Source: Xanthobacteraceae bacterium (lineage in GTDB: Bacteria > Pseudomonadota > Alphaproteobacteria > Rhizobiales > Xanthobacteraceae). From it: DNA of 64,000 nt. The stretch lies in assembly GCA_036513475.1 (NCBI GenBank), contig DATBYX010000475.1, positions 4,707 through 68,706 of the forward strand. The letters are read 5' to 3'. Positions 20,647 to 31,301 of this stretch are shown in pieces. The notes beneath the pieces were generated by a model, which saw only the letters and a list, made by a program, of their open reading frames with translations, did not search any database and was not told where the DNA came from. The translations under genes and the position numbers were made by a program. Each line of letters opens with the position of its first letter. Position 1 is the first letter of the stretch.

Positions 20647-21595
20647 CGCGCTACACGCGGAGAATCCGATCGAGCATCCCAAGGGCAAGCGCGAGCGGCG
20701 CGATGTGCACGGTTGGCTCGTGCTCGACAAGCCCGTTGGGGTGACTTCGACGCGCGCTGTCAGCGCGGTCAAACGATTATTTCAGGCCAAACGCGCCGGC
20801 CACGCGGGCACACTCGATCCTCTCGCTTCTGGTGTTCTGCCAATCGCCCTCGGAGAGGCCACCAAGACAGTCCCCTTTGTAATGGAGGGTCGAAAAACTT
20901 ACACATTTACCATCCGCTGGGGCGAGGAGCGCGACACCGACGACGCGGAGGGGCGCGTCACTGCAACCTCACGCGAGCGTCCCCGCGCCGAGGATATTCG
21001 GACCGTCCTGCCACGGTTCACCGGGCCGATAGAACAGGTTCCACCGCGTTTCTCGGCCATAAAGATCGCGGGCGAGCGGGCGTACGACATCGCGCGCGAG
21101 GGCGAGATCATAGAGCTCGCCCCGCGCACGGTTGAAATCCATCGCCTTGAGCTCCGCTCAATGGCCGATCCCGATCAGACGATCCTTACGGCCGAATGCG
21201 GCAAGGGAGCCTACATTCGAGCGCTGGCGCGCGACATAGGTCGAACGTTGGGCTGTTATGGCCATGTCGTGGCGCTGCGGCGTACGGCGGTCGGTCCGTT
21301 CCATGAAAGCCATGCCGTGGGATTGCCAACACTGCAGCGCCAGGCGGAAGCCGGAGGTCAGCTCTCCCCGCTTTTGCCGGTGGAGGCGGGGCTTGCCGGT
21401 CTGCCGACCCTCCACGTCAACTCGAGCGATGCGGGCCGGCTCGCCCGCGGTCAGGGCGTGCTGCTGCGGGGGCGGGACGCCCCGATACTAGGGGGCTGGA
21501 TATCAGTTTTGGCGCAGGGCACGCTGCTCGCGCTTGCGGAGGTGGACAGGGGAGAAGTTCGGCCGCGGCGCATTTTCAATCTGCGCCGAACATGA
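20633..21595 (+). CDS. truB: tRNA pseudouridine(55) synthase
   Basis: [18 protein letters not shown] and [19 protein letters not shown] (catalytic Asp context). The start is ambiguous between 20612 and 20633 because of the duplication. Confidence 0.9.
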   Translation: MTRVDALHAENPIEHPKGKRERRDVHGWLVLDKPVGVTSTRAVSAVKRLFQAKRAGHAGTLDPLASGVLPIALGEATKTVPFVMEGRKTYTFTIRWGEERDTDDAEGRVTATSRERPRAEDIRTVLPRFTGPIEQVPPRFSAIKIAGERAYDIAREGEIIELAPRTVEIHRLELRSMADPDQTILTAECGKGAYIRALARDIGRTLGCYGHVVALRRTAVGPFHESHAVGLPTLQRQAEAGGQLSPLLPVEAGLAGLPTLHVNSSDAGRLARGQGVLLRGRDAPILGGWISVLAQGTLLALAEVDRGEVRPRRIFNLRRT

Positions 21596-21815
21596 GGTTC
21601 ACGTGCGAGCGTGCGAGCCGGTTAGCAGGGCCCAGAGCGGCCCCACTGTTCCGCCGCGGCATAATTTCGCTGGCTTCCCCGTCGGATTTGCTATATTGCG
21701 CGGATCGCGCGGGCGGTGGCCCGCGTTTCCGGATCATGGCGACCGTGCTGGACGACATCCCGGCACTGGCCACCAAAGAAACCAACACAACCCGTTAACA
21801 GGAACAGGACCCCCG

Positions 21816-22085
21816 ATGTCGATAACAGCAGGCCGCAAGGCCGAAGTCATCAAGACGTATGCGACCAAGGCAGGCGATACCGGTTCGCCGGAGGTGCAGG
21901 TGGCGATCCTTTCGGAGCGCATCAACAGCCTCACCGAGCACTTCAAAACGCATGTCAAGGACAATCACTCCCGGCGTGGATTGCTTAAGCTCGTATCACA
22001 GCGACGCCAACTGCTCGATTATCTCGCGCGCATCGACAATGCGCGTTACAAGTCGCTGATCGAGCGGCTCGGTATTCGCCGCTGA
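21816..22085 (+). CDS. rpsO: 30S ribosomal protein S15
   Basis: 89-aa protein [57 protein letters not shown]..., lying within a longer track ORF. Located upstream of pnp. Confidence 0.95.
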   Translation: MSITAGRKAEVIKTYATKAGDTGSPEVQVAILSERINSLTEHFKTHVKDNHSRRGLLKLVSQRRQLLDYLARIDNARYKSLIERLGIRR

Positions 22086-22138
22086 GTTCGCGCGCGATGT
22101 GCATCGCAAGCGGATATTCAATCTGTCCGCCGTTCATC

Positions 22139-22164
22139 CGGCAGCGAGCCGCTGCCGATTTTGG
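22139..22164 (+). terminator. rpsO intrinsic terminator/attenuator
   Basis: CGGCAGCG (22139-22146) pairs with CGCUGCCG (22150-22157) and is followed by AUUUUGG. It lies 54 nt after the rpsO stop. Confidence 0.6.
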
Positions 22165-22166
22165 CA

Positions 22167-22191
22167 GGACGGGCAATCAGATTGCTCGTCC
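22167..22191 (+). promoter_or_regulatory. 11-bp stem hairpin in the pnp leader (possible processing or autoregulation site)
   Basis: GGACGGGCAAU-CAG-AUUGCUCGUCC, with one G-U pair. It follows the rpsO terminator directly. Confidence 0.3.
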
Positions 22192-22326
22192 GTTCAACGG
22201 GAGGTGGAAAGCCATGGCAGGTTTGCCGCATGCTGCGTCGGACTGCGGCATCCCCAGGTTTTGCAGCGTCTCGCGGCCTGGCTTGCGGCCTTCGCATCTT
22301 CGCAAAAACAATGAAAGACAATCCCA

Positions 22327-24501
22327 ATGTTCGATATTCATCGTGTTGAGCTCGAGTGGGGAGGGCGCAAGCTCGTCCTAGAGACCGGCAAGATTGCACG
22401 GCAGGCCGACGGCGCGGTGATCGCCAGTTACGGCGACTCACGTGTACTGGCGACGGTCGTAGCTGCGAAAGAACCCCGGGAAGGCGTCGACTTCCTGCCC
22501 CTGACCGTCGATTATCAGGAAAAGTTCTACGCGGCCGGGCGCATTCCGGGCGGCTATTTCAAACGCGAAGGTCGCCCCACCGAGAAGGAGACCCTGGTCT
22601 CGCGCTTGATCGATCGTCCCGTGCGGCCGCTTTTCGCCGAGGGCTGGCGCTGTGAGACACAGGTCATCGTCACTACGCTCTCGCATGACCTCGAGAACGA
22701 TCCGGACATTGTGGCGATGATTGCCGCCTCCGCGGCGCTGACATTGTCCGGTGCACCCTTCATGGGACCGATCGGCGCAGCGCGCGTCGGGTTCATCAAC
22801 GACGAATACGTGCTCAACCCGCAGCTCGACGAAATGACCGAGAGTCAGCTGGATCTGGTCGTCGCCGGTACTCAGGATGCCGTCCTGATGGTCGAATCGG
22901 AAGCGAAGGAGCTAACCGAAGAACTCATGCTCGGTGCCGTGATGTTCGGTCATCGGCACTTTCAGCCGGTGATCGATGCCATCATCAGGCTTGCGGAAAA
23001 GGCTGCGAAGGAACCGCGCGAGTTGCAGGTCCCTGACACCGGCAAGCTCGAAAAGGAAATGCTCGCCTTGGTCGATCAGGATGTTCGCGCCGCTTACGCC
23101 GTTGCCGACAAGCAGCAGCGTCATGCCGCATTGGACGCAGCCAAGGCCAAGGTGATGGGACATTTCTGCCCCGAGGGAGCGGAGAACCCGCCCTATCCCA
23201 AGCAGCAGGTTGCCAAGGTCTTCAAGACCATCGAGGCGCGTATTGTGCGCTGGAATATTCTCGACACCGGCCGACGCATCGACGGTCGCGACGTGAGAAG
23301 CGTTCGCCCGATCGTTTCCGAAGTGGGCGTCTTGCCGCGCGCGCATGGTTCGGCTCTGTTCACTCGCGGCGAAACACAGGCCCTGGTGATCGCAACGCTC
23401 GGTACCGGAGAGGACGAGCAATGGGTTGATGCCTTGCAGGGCACATACAAGGAGACATTCCTCCTGCACTACAATTTCCCGCCGTTTTCGGTAGGCGAAA
23501 CCGGGCGAATGGGCGGCCCGCGTCGTCGAGAGATCGGGCACGGCAAGCTCGCGTGGCGCGCGATCCATCCCGTCCTGCCTGCGCACCATGAATTCCCGTA
23601 TACGCTGCGCGTGGTCTCGGAAATCACCGAATCGAACGGCTCTTCCTCAATGGCCACGGTCTGTGGAAGCTCGCTCGCATTGATGGATGCAGGAGTTCCA
23701 CTCAAGCGGCCGACGGCTGGCATTGCCATGGGTCTCATCCTGGAGGGCGAGCGTCACGCCGTGCTCTCCGACATTCTCGGTGACGAGGACCATCTGGGCG
23801 ACATGGATTTCAAGGTGGCCGGCACCGAGCGCGGCGTAACTTCCCTGCAAATGGACATCAAGATCGCAGGAATCACCGAGGAAATCATGCGCGTTGCGCT
23901 CGCGCAGGCCAAGGACGGGCGCATGCACATCCTGGCCGAGATGTCGAAGGCGCTTGCCCATCACCGCGCTCAGCTTGGCGAGCACGCGCCGCGGATAGAG
24001 GTGTTCAATATCCCGGTAGATAAGATCCGGGAGGTGATAGGCTCCGGCGGCAAAGTCATACGCGAGATCGTAGAAAAAACTGGCGCCAAGGTCGACATCG
24101 CCGATGACGGCACGGTCAAGGTAGCTTCTGCCAGCGGAGAGGCCATGAAAGCGGCCATCAACTGGATCAAATCCATTGCCTCCGAGCCCGAGGTCGGCCA
24201 CATCTACGACGGCACCGTCGTGAAGGTGATGGACTTTGGCGCTTTCGTGAACTTCTTTGGCGCGAAGGACGGGCTAGTGCATATCAGCCAGCTTGCCCCG
24301 CGCCGCGTCCAGAAGGTGACCGATGTCGTCAAGGAAGGCGACAAGGTAAAGGTCAAGCTGCTCGGTTTCGACGAGCGCGGTAAGGTGCGCCTTTCCATGA
24401 AAGTCGTCGACCAGACGACCGGTGAGGATCTGGAAGCCAAACAGAAGGCCGAGGCTGAACAGCAGCACGGCCGGGAGCAGGCAGCAGCCGGGGGGGAGTA
24501 G
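22327..24501 (+). CDS. pnp: Polyribonucleotide nucleotidyltransferase (PNPase)
   Basis: Two RNase PH domains, KH ([15 protein letters not shown]) and S1 ([17 protein letters not shown]). Synteny with rpsO. Confidence 0.97.
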   Translation: MFDIHRVELEWGGRKLVLETGKIARQADGAVIASYGDSRVLATVVAAKEPREGVDFLPLTVDYQEKFYAAGRIPGGYFKREGRPTEKETLVSRLIDRPVRPLFAEGWRCETQVIVTTLSHDLENDPDIVAMIAASAALTLSGAPFMGPIGAARVGFINDEYVLNPQLDEMTESQLDLVVAGTQDAVLMVESEAKELTEELMLGAVMFGHRHFQPVIDAIIRLAEKAAKEPRELQVPDTGKLEKEMLALVDQDVRAAYAVADKQQRHAALDAAKAKVMGHFCPEGAENPPYPKQQVAKVFKTIEARIVRWNILDTGRRIDGRDVRSVRPIVSEVGVLPRAHGSALFTRGETQALVIATLGTGEDEQWVDALQGTYKETFLLHYNFPPFSVGETGRMGGPRRREIGHGKLAWRAIHPVLPAHHEFPYTLRVVSEITESNGSSSMATVCGSSLALMDAGVPLKRPTAGIAMGLILEGERHAVLSDILGDEDHLGDMDFKVAGTERGVTSLQMDIKIAGITEEIMRVALAQAKDGRMHILAEMSKALAHHRAQLGEHAPRIEVFNIPVDKIREVIGSGGKVIREIVEKTGAKVDIADDGTVKVASASGEAMKAAINWIKSIASEPEVGHIYDGTVVKVMDFGAFVNFFGAKDGLVHISQLAPRRVQKVTDVVKEGDKVKVKLLGFDERGKVRLSMKVVDQTTGEDLEAKQKAEAEQQHGREQAAAGGE

Positions 24502-24578
24502 GGGTAGGAGTAGTCCCAGGCAGAAGATTTGACCAAGACCCAATCATCGAGCGGGGTGCAGGGACGCGTCGCGTATTC

Positions 24579-25505
24579 TCAACTGCCTTTTCGAGATTGC
24601 ATGTGGGCGATCAGGAACGAGCCCATGCGCAGATGGGATGTCAAACCCCGCGCGAAGGAGTCCGGAAGGACGGCAAGCAGCAAATTCTTAAGCCGGCCAT
24701 GCGGCAAGGGCAAGACGTCGGTCTTCAGTCCACAGATCTGCAGGGAAGTCGTGTCGAATAGCTTGTCCGTGGTGCGGCGCCACTCTACCGGTTTGTAGTA
24801 GCGCGCAATCGCGCCGTCAGTCCCGCTCTGGCTGACGTGGTGCAAGGCGAGACCGCGTTGCCAACCGCCTCGCAGAAGGCCTCGCAGAAGGCCGCACGCG
24901 TAGTAGTTCCACCACGAACGATAGTAGATCATGACCGTGCATCTGCCTCCGGCGCGCAACACCCGATGAACCTCTTCCAGGACGCGCCGCGTGTCCGCAG
25001 AATGGTGAATAACGCCCCAGCTCCACACGTAATCAAAAGTGTTCTCGGCAAATCCCATCTGCTCCGCATCCATCTGCAGCACGGTTCCTGGCAGCTTGAA
25101 CAGCCGCAACCGCGCTGAGGTCATGTTTACCGCCGAAGCGGTCAAATCGATCCCGGTGAACGATTTGCAGCGAGGCGCGAGCAGTTGTGCGTGGCTTCCA
25201 TGTCCAACCCCGACCTCGAGCACATCTTTGTCAGCGAGCTGGTCAAACGGGACTACCGTGTCGAATGGTATCCGCCGCCATGGGAGAAAGCTTCGCGCGG
25301 CCGTGAAAAACCGCCGATCGATCTCGTTGAAATAGGCTTCGGTGCCAGGATCAGGCGCAATGGTTTCCCGCCAATCATAGCGCATCGGGGCGGCTTCCCA
25401 CCACGACCTGTTGGCAACCTGCCATTTTCTGTGCTGTTCGCGGTCGTGCGGCGCCTGGATCGGGCCGTCAAATCCAACGGCTTTATTCTCGAATTCCATT
25501 CTCAA
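24579..25505 (-). CDS. Class I SAM-dependent methyltransferase
   Basis: Motif I VLEVGVGHGSHAQLL, then FDYVWSWGVIHH...VLRAGGRCTVMIY. The substrate cannot be assigned. Confidence 0.8.
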   Translation of the reverse strand: MRMEFENKAVGFDGPIQAPHDREQHRKWQVANRSWWEAAPMRYDWRETIAPDPGTEAYFNEIDRRFFTAARSFLPWRRIPFDTVVPFDQLADKDVLEVGVGHGSHAQLLAPRCKSFTGIDLTASAVNMTSARLRLFKLPGTVLQMDAEQMGFAENTFDYVWSWGVIHHSADTRRVLEEVHRVLRAGGRCTVMIYYRSWWNYYACGLLRGLLRGGWQRGLALHHVSQSGTDGAIARYYKPVEWRRTTDKLFDTTSLQICGLKTDVLPLPHGRLKNLLLAVLPDSFARGLTSHLRMGSFLIAHMQSRKGS

Positions 25506-25538
25506 TCGAGCGTTAATCGGCTGCGTCTCCGCGCGCTG

Positions 25539-26378
25539 TCATTGCGCGGCATCTTTGGCCTGTTCGCCGGACTCGGAATCCAGCCCGTTCTTCAGGGTGG
25601 AAGGATGAGGCATGGTGATGATGTTGTACCCTGAGTCGACAAAATGAATATCCCCTGTCACGCCGGTGGAGAGGTCCGAAAGCAAATAGAGCGCGGCACC
25701 TCCTATCTCGTCGAGCGTCACGCCGCGACGAAGAGGTGAGTGGCGCTGTTGAAAGGCGAACATCTGCCGTGCGTCGCTGATGCCTGCACCAGCGAGCGTA
25801 CGGACAGGTCCGGCCGAGATGGCATTGACGCGAATGCCTGCAGGCCCGAAATCCACCGCCAGATAACGCACGGAAGCTTCCAGCGCCCCCTTGGCAACGC
25901 CCATGACGTTATAGTTGGGCATTGCGCGCTCTCCCCCATTGTAGGTCAACGTCAACATGGCCCCGCCGCCGGGCATCAGGGCGGAAGCGCGCTTAGCCGC
26001 TTCGGTGAAGGAGAAACAGGAGATGATCATGGTACGCACGAAATTCTCACGCGTGGTATCGGCGTAGCGTCCTTTGAGCTCATTCTTGTCCGAGAACGCG
26101 ATTGCATGCACGAGGAAGTCGAGCGAGCCCCACTTTTCCGCGATGCTCGCAAATGTCGCGTCCATCGAGTCGATCTGTTCGACATCGCAGGGCAGAACGA
26201 GAGAAGAACCTATGGACTGCGCCAGCGGCCTCACTCTGCGACCAAGCGCATCGGATTGATAGGTAAAGGCGAGGGCTGCGCCGTGGGCGGCCAGTGTTCT
26301 CGCGATGCCCCAGGCGATGGAGTGATCGTTTGCGACCCCCATGATCAATCCGTGCTTGCCTTGCATCAGTTGCGTCAT
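25539..26378 (-). CDS. fabI: Enoyl-[acyl-carrier-protein] reductase (NADH)
   Basis: GLIMGVANDHSIAWGIA and YNVMGVAKGALE (Y-x6-K). The start is taken at MTQLMQGKHG; the longer ORF would abut the fabB stop. Confidence 0.9.
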   Translation of the reverse strand: MTQLMQGKHGLIMGVANDHSIAWGIARTLAAHGAALAFTYQSDALGRRVRPLAQSIGSSLVLPCDVEQIDSMDATFASIAEKWGSLDFLVHAIAFSDKNELKGRYADTTRENFVRTMIISCFSFTEAAKRASALMPGGGAMLTLTYNGGERAMPNYNVMGVAKGALEASVRYLAVDFGPAGIRVNAISAGPVRTLAGAGISDARQMFAFQQRHSPLRRGVTLDEIGGAALYLLSDLSTGVTGDIHFVDSGYNIITMPHPSTLKNGLDSESGEQAKDAAQ

Positions 26379-26441
26379 GTCCACCGACTTGTCACGCAGC
26401 GCCACCGCTGTTTCCGCAGTTCCAGCTTGCCCCTGAGGCAC

Positions 26442-27659
26442 TCAAGCGTCGAGCCGCTTGAGGACTACGCAGGCGTTGGTGCCGCCGAATCCAAATGAAT
26501 TCGACAGCACGCATCCGAGCTTAACGTCGTCGCGTCGGTTGCGCACGATGGGCATCTCATCGAATGCGGGATCGAGCGTTTGGATGTTGGCGCTTTCGCA
26601 GATGAAACCGTTGTTCATCATCAGAATACAGTAGATCGCCTCTTGCGCGCCCGCAGCTCCGAGCGAATGCCCCGTGAGGGACTTTGTTGCCGCAATTGCT
26701 GGACAGCGCTCGCCGAAGACTTCCCGAATGGCCTCTATTTCCTTGAGGTCGCCGATAGGTGTGGAGGTCGCGTGAGGATTGATATAGTCGATCGGAATCT
26801 TCACATCCCTGAGCGCCATCCGCATGCATCGCGCCGCCCCCTCCCCTGACGGCGCCACCATGTCAAAGCCGTCCGACGTGGCGCCGTACCCTGCCACTTC
26901 AGCGTAGATGCGAGCGCCGCGCGCTTTTGCATGCTCGAGCTCCTCGAGAATAAGCACACCGGCTCCGCCGGCAATCACAAACCCATCTCGGTCGCGATCG
27001 AAAGCACGGGAGGCTTTTTCCGGTGTCTCGTTGAACCCCGATGACATGGCTCCCATGGCGTCGAAAAGAACCGACAAGGTCCAGTCGAGCTCCTCGCAAC
27101 CGCCGGCAAAGATGACATCCTGCTTGCCCATCTGGATCAGTTCCGTCGCATTTCCAATGCAGTGGTTCGATGTCGCACACGCCGACGAGATCGAATAACT
27201 TACGCCTTTGATTTTGAACCAGGTGGCAAGGGTTGCCGACGCCGTTGAGGACATGGCCTTGGGTACCGCGAACGGCCCTACCCGTTTCGGGCTTTTGCTG
27301 CGCGCAGTGTCGGCGGCATCGACGATCGCCCGCGTCGAGGGTCCGCCCGATCCCATAATGAGGCCGGTCATCTCGTTAGATATTTCACTCGGTTCCAGGC
27401 CCGCATCCCGGACCGCCTGCTCCATGGCTACGTGATTCCACGCGGCGCCGCCGCCGAGGAACCGCATGGCGCGACGGTCAACGATTGCGTCCGCATCGAG
27501 AGAGGGTGCACCATGCACCTGAGAGCGAAAGCCCAATTCGGCATACTTCTTGGCGCGCGAAATACCGGACTTGGCCTCGCGCAGGCTAGCCAGAACCTCC
27601 TGCGTGCTACTGCCGATAGACGCGACAATGCCCATCCCGCTGACGACGACCCGCCTCAT
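26442..27659 (-). CDS. fabB: 3-oxoacyl-ACP synthase I
   Basis: Active-site [30 protein letters not shown] and [10 protein letters not shown]. Adjacent to fabA. Confidence 0.9.
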   Translation of the reverse strand: MRRVVVSGMGIVASIGSSTQEVLASLREAKSGISRAKKYAELGFRSQVHGAPSLDADAIVDRRAMRFLGGGAAWNHVAMEQAVRDAGLEPSEISNEMTGLIMGSGGPSTRAIVDAADTARSKSPKRVGPFAVPKAMSSTASATLATWFKIKGVSYSISSACATSNHCIGNATELIQMGKQDVIFAGGCEELDWTLSVLFDAMGAMSSGFNETPEKASRAFDRDRDGFVIAGGAGVLILEELEHAKARGARIYAEVAGYGATSDGFDMVAPSGEGAARCMRMALRDVKIPIDYINPHATSTPIGDLKEIEAIREVFGERCPAIAATKSLTGHSLGAAGAQEAIYCILMMNNGFICESANIQTLDPAFDEMPIVRNRRDDVKLGCVLSNSFGFGGTNACVVLKRLDA

Positions 27660-27758
27660 CGATACCTCGCGCGCACGCCGCCCAATTCCAGGAATAACCG
27701 AGCCCGAAAGCAGGGATCGCCTGATCCAGGAACCAGCACGCCGAACCCACTCGCGCCG

Positions 27759-28292
27759 TCAGCTTCCGGTCGGCTGCAACATCATGTCTCCGCGAAACAA
27801 TCCGACCTTGAGATCCAGCGCCTGATAGATGATGGATCCATCGGCCGAGAGCCACCCGTCCGCAATGCCTAGGACAAGTTTGGACCGCATGACCCGTTTG
27901 ATGTCGATACCATAGACGACATTCTTGACCGTAGGCAGGACCTGACCGGAGAACTTGAGCTCGCCCAGTCCCAGCGCGCGCCCTCTGCCCGGTGCCCCAA
28001 CCCACCCCAGAAAAAACCCAAGCAGCTGCCAGAGAGCGTCCAGCCCGAGGCATCCGGGCATGACCGGATCGCCCTTGAAATGACAGGGGAAGAACCAGAA
28101 ATCCGGCCTCAGATCGAGGACGGCGCGCACCAAGCCTTTGCCATATTTGCCGCCTGCTTCGGCGATCTCGGAGATGCGATCGAACATCAGCATAGGAGGC
28201 AGAGGCAACTGGGCATTACCGGCGCCGAATAATTCGCCGCGTGCACAGGCCAACAACTCATCATAACCAAAACTCGTGCGCCGCTTTTCCAT
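27759..28292 (-). CDS. fabA: 3-hydroxydecanoyl-ACP dehydratase/isomerase
   Basis: [24 protein letters not shown] active-site region. ATG 28292 has GAGG 5 nt upstream; the track start at 28301 is a GTG. Confidence 0.92.
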   Translation of the reverse strand: MEKRRTSFGYDELLACARGELFGAGNAQLPLPPMLMFDRISEIAEAGGKYGKGLVRAVLDLRPDFWFFPCHFKGDPVMPGCLGLDALWQLLGFFLGWVGAPGRGRALGLGELKFSGQVLPTVKNVVYGIDIKRVMRSKLVLGIADGWLSADGSIIYQALDLKVGLFRGDMMLQPTGS

Positions 28293-28613
28293 TCGCCTCA
28301 CGTCCGTCGCAGCTTGCCCTTAAATGCACTCCTAACATAGGCTGTTCACGTGGCAAAGCCGATGCCGGCTCGACGGCGACCACGCTTCGACCCGAGCCGT
28401 GTTGCGGGGCAACACGGCTTCTGGCGGCACCGACTTAGCCGGATTTTGCAGGGCACCTGCGACAGCCAAGCTGCAGTTGCATCTCCTCGCCCAGGGCAAC
28501 GAAATGTCCCTCTACCGCGCTGCCGTCAGAGGGGCGTTTGCATCTTCGGAGCAATATGTTACAGATGCAACAATATAGTCCGCATTGCATCGAGGCAAGG
28601 GTTCACGCGTTCC

Positions 28614-29105
28614 ATGCTACCGCACAAAGTCCTTTGCACCAGCAGGGTTGAGAACGGGGGCGGCGTCCCCGGCCCGCGACCCGGCCTGACAGGGTGTCCT
28701 TGGCGCGACGTCAAAGCCATGTTGCGCGACGTGGGTTTGCGGCCGACGCGACAGCGGATGGCATTGGGCTGGATGCTGTTTGGCAAGGGCGACAGACACG
28801 TCACCGCTGAGATTCTCTACGAAGAGGCGCTCTCGGCAAAAGTACCGGTCTCGTTGGCCACGATCTACAACACGCTGCATCAATTCACGGACGCGGGCCT
28901 ACTACGCCAGGTGGCGGTCGACGGATCCAAGACGTATTTCGATACAAACGTCTCTGAGCATCACCATTTCTTCATTGAGGGCGAGAACGACCTCGTTGAC
29001 ATCCTGCCTTCTGAAGTGGTCCTGGGCAGCACACCGGTCCCTCCGGAAGGTTATGAAGTGGCACGCATTGACGTGGTGGTTCGATTGCGCCGAAAGCGAC
29101 GTTGA
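28614..29105 (+). CDS. irr: Iron response regulator Irr (Fur family)
   Basis: GLTGCPWRDV (Cys-Pro heme regulatory motif), LRPTRQRMALGWMLFGKG, VSLATIYNTLHQFTDAGLL and the HHH motif (SEHHHFF). Closely matches my recollection of Bradyrhizobium Irr and its divergent fabA neighbourhood. ATG 28614 gives 163 aa. Confidence 0.85.
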   Translation: MLPHKVLCTSRVENGGGVPGPRPGLTGCPWRDVKAMLRDVGLRPTRQRMALGWMLFGKGDRHVTAEILYEEALSAKVPVSLATIYNTLHQFTDAGLLRQVAVDGSKTYFDTNVSEHHHFFIEGENDLVDILPSEVVLGSTPVPPEGYEVARIDVVVRLRRKRR

Positions 29106-29120
29106 ACATCGCCCCCGTCG

Positions 29121-29729
29121 TTACGGGAAGGTCTCGTTCGCATAGACCCCCCAGAGTTGCTCCTGGACTACCCACCCGTCAAAGCGCGGGCCGGAGATTC
29201 GACACCAATTCGCGCTGCAATGCTTCACCTGGGTCAGCACTCCGGCCTGCAATTGAGCAATGACCGTCCCGTTGCTGTCGCTTCTGTCGTACAGGGGAAC
29301 GAGCTGCGTTTTGTCCTTCGGGGCCAACAGCGCAGTCCGTTTGCCGGACAAGAGCGAGTGGTAGACCCATCCCTCTGAGCCTTCCCAATCGCGAATTCGT
29401 CGCCAGTTGTCCGACTCGGCGGTGATCTCAACGGGAAGACCGGCGCGGGTGTAAACGAAGGCCACGTCGTGGTCCCTGGTGGGGCCGGCGCGCACGTTTA
29501 CTCGGTCCGGCTTTAGGCTGACGAATCGCGGCACGGGCAACCCGCTCTTGGGGCCAATGGCCGTTTCCGCTTCGGATTGAGCCATTCCCAGCACCACGAC
29601 GGTGGCTACTGCAGCAACGGCAGCGCAAAAGCTGCCGACCTGCCAGGCACGGTACGTGACCATCGGGGCCATTCTCAGGAGAATTCTTGGCGCTAGGACC
29701 GGCAGCGAAGGTGAGCGGATGCGGCGCAT
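29121..29729 (-). CDS. SH3-like (DUF1058-type) domain protein with N-terminal membrane anchor or signal
   Basis: Two SH3-like repeats (PRFVSLKPDRVNVRAGPTRDHDVAFVYTRAGLPVEI...WRRIRDWEGSEGWV, and VPLYDRSDSNGTVIAQLQAGVLTQVKHCSANWCRI). Hydrophobic N-terminus. Confidence 0.65.
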   Translation of the reverse strand: MRRIRSPSLPVLAPRILLRMAPMVTYRAWQVGSFCAAVAAVATVVVLGMAQSEAETAIGPKSGLPVPRFVSLKPDRVNVRAGPTRDHDVAFVYTRAGLPVEITAESDNWRRIRDWEGSEGWVYHSLLSGKRTALLAPKDKTQLVPLYDRSDSNGTVIAQLQAGVLTQVKHCSANWCRISGPRFDGWVVQEQLWGVYANETFP

Positions 29730-29873
29730 GGCGCTTGTGTTCGCGCTTCCATCTGTTAGAGAAAGTTGCGAGGTCCGCCGTGCAACCCAGTTTCAGGCAG
29801 CGGGGTTAAAGAGACCTAAATGGAGAATAACCCGCCGCTGACACCGGCATTGTGGGCCGGCTAGAGTCGAATC

Positions 29874-30875
29874 ATGGCAAATCGCAAAAGGCCGCTTGTT
29901 GTGGTGACGCGCAAGTTGCCGGACAGAGTTGAAACGCGGATGCGCGAATTGTTCGACGCGCAGCTTAATCTTGAGGATAAGCCTCTGACCGTCTCCGAGC
30001 TTGCGGACACCATGAAAAGCGCGGATGTGCTCGTCCCCACGGTGACCGACCGCATCGACTCGGCGGTACTCAGCAAGGCCGGAGACAGACTCAAGTTGAT
30101 CGCCAACTACGGAAACGGCGTCGATCATATCGACGTTGCGACGGCGCTGAGTCGCGGTATTACGGTAACGAATACGCCGGGGGTGCTGACCGAGGATACC
30201 GCCGATATGACCATGGCGCTGATCCTCGCGGTTCCGCGTCGTTTGGCTGAAGGCGCCGCTGTGTTCATCGACGACAAACCCTGGAGCGGCTGGTCGCCGA
30301 CCTGGATGCTGGGCCACCGCATTTGGGGCAAGCGGCTGGGCATCATAGGGATGGGACGTATCGGGCAGGCGGTCGCGCGTCGTGCACGGGCATTCGGGCT
30401 TCAGATCCATTACCACAACCGCCGCCGCGTGCCGCCCATCATCGAAGAGGAGCTCACTGCGACCTATTGGGAGAGCCTCGATCAGATGCTGGCCAGAATG
30501 GATATCATTTCCGTCAACTGTCCTCACACTCCGGCCACCTACCATTTGTTGTCCGCTCGCCGGCTAAAGCTCATTCGTCCCGAGGCTTACATCGTGAACA
30601 CCGCACGCGGCGAGGTCGTCGACGAGAATGCATTGGTGCGGCTGATCTCTTCAGGCGAGATCGCAGGTGCTGGGCTGGATGTTTTCGAACACGAGCCCGC
30701 GGTCAACCCGAAGCTCGTCAAATTGGCGAGGACCGGCAAAGTGGTGCTGCTGCCCCACATGGGATCCGCCACGGTCGAAGGTCGTATCGATATGGGCGAG
30801 AAGGTAATTGTGAATATCAAGACGTTTTTTGATGGACATCGCCCCCCGGACCGGGTCCTTCCCTCCATGCTTTGA
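29874..30875 (+). CDS. D-isomer-specific 2-hydroxyacid dehydrogenase (glyoxylate/hydroxypyruvate reductase-like)
   Basis: NAD fold GIIGMGRIGQAVARRA, NTARGEVVDE and LLPHMGSAT. Confidence 0.85.
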   Translation: MANRKRPLVVVTRKLPDRVETRMRELFDAQLNLEDKPLTVSELADTMKSADVLVPTVTDRIDSAVLSKAGDRLKLIANYGNGVDHIDVATALSRGITVTNTPGVLTEDTADMTMALILAVPRRLAEGAAVFIDDKPWSGWSPTWMLGHRIWGKRLGIIGMGRIGQAVARRARAFGLQIHYHNRRRVPPIIEEELTATYWESLDQMLARMDIISVNCPHTPATYHLLSARRLKLIRPEAYIVNTARGEVVDENALVRLISSGEIAGAGLDVFEHEPAVNPKLVKLARTGKVVLLPHMGSATVEGRIDMGEKVIVNIKTFFDGHRPPDRVLPSML

Positions 30876-30943
30876 GGAGCCTTAGTGCTATTCGCCGCAA
30901 TCTCCTGTAGCATCGTGTCCACCATTATCACGGAGAATCACTG

Positions 30944-31294
30944 ATGCGGGCCTTATTGTTGGCCGCCACGGTTACCCTCATTGGCACGCAGCCGAGTTCT
31001 GCCGCCGCGCTTGCACCGGCGGAAATCCAAGCCACGTTTTTCACCGGGCAGCCGTTCACAGCCGCGACGACAAACATCAAATACAAGATGGTGTTCACGA
31101 CAGACGGGAAAATGACGCGCGAGCCAATCGGCAGCGGCGGTGCGAAGAACGAGGGGACCTGGAAGCTTTCGAAGGACGGTTTTTGCACGACCTGGAAAGG
31201 ATCCAAGGCCAACTGCTATCGCATTGAGGGCGCGGGCGAGAACAAATGGTCCGTGAAAAAGGGAGCTACTGTCGTAGCCACCTGGTCGAAGTGA
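30944..31294 (+). CDS. Small secreted hypothetical protein
   Basis: Signal peptide MRALLLAATVTLIGTQPSSAAA and GGAGA 8 nt upstream of the ATG. No family recognised with certainty. Confidence 0.5.
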   Translation: MRALLLAATVTLIGTQPSSAAALAPAEIQATFFTGQPFTAATTNIKYKMVFTTDGKMTREPIGSGGAKNEGTWKLSKDGFCTTWKGSKANCYRIEGAGENKWSVKKGATVVATWSK

Positions 31295-31301
31295 ACCAAG
31301 T

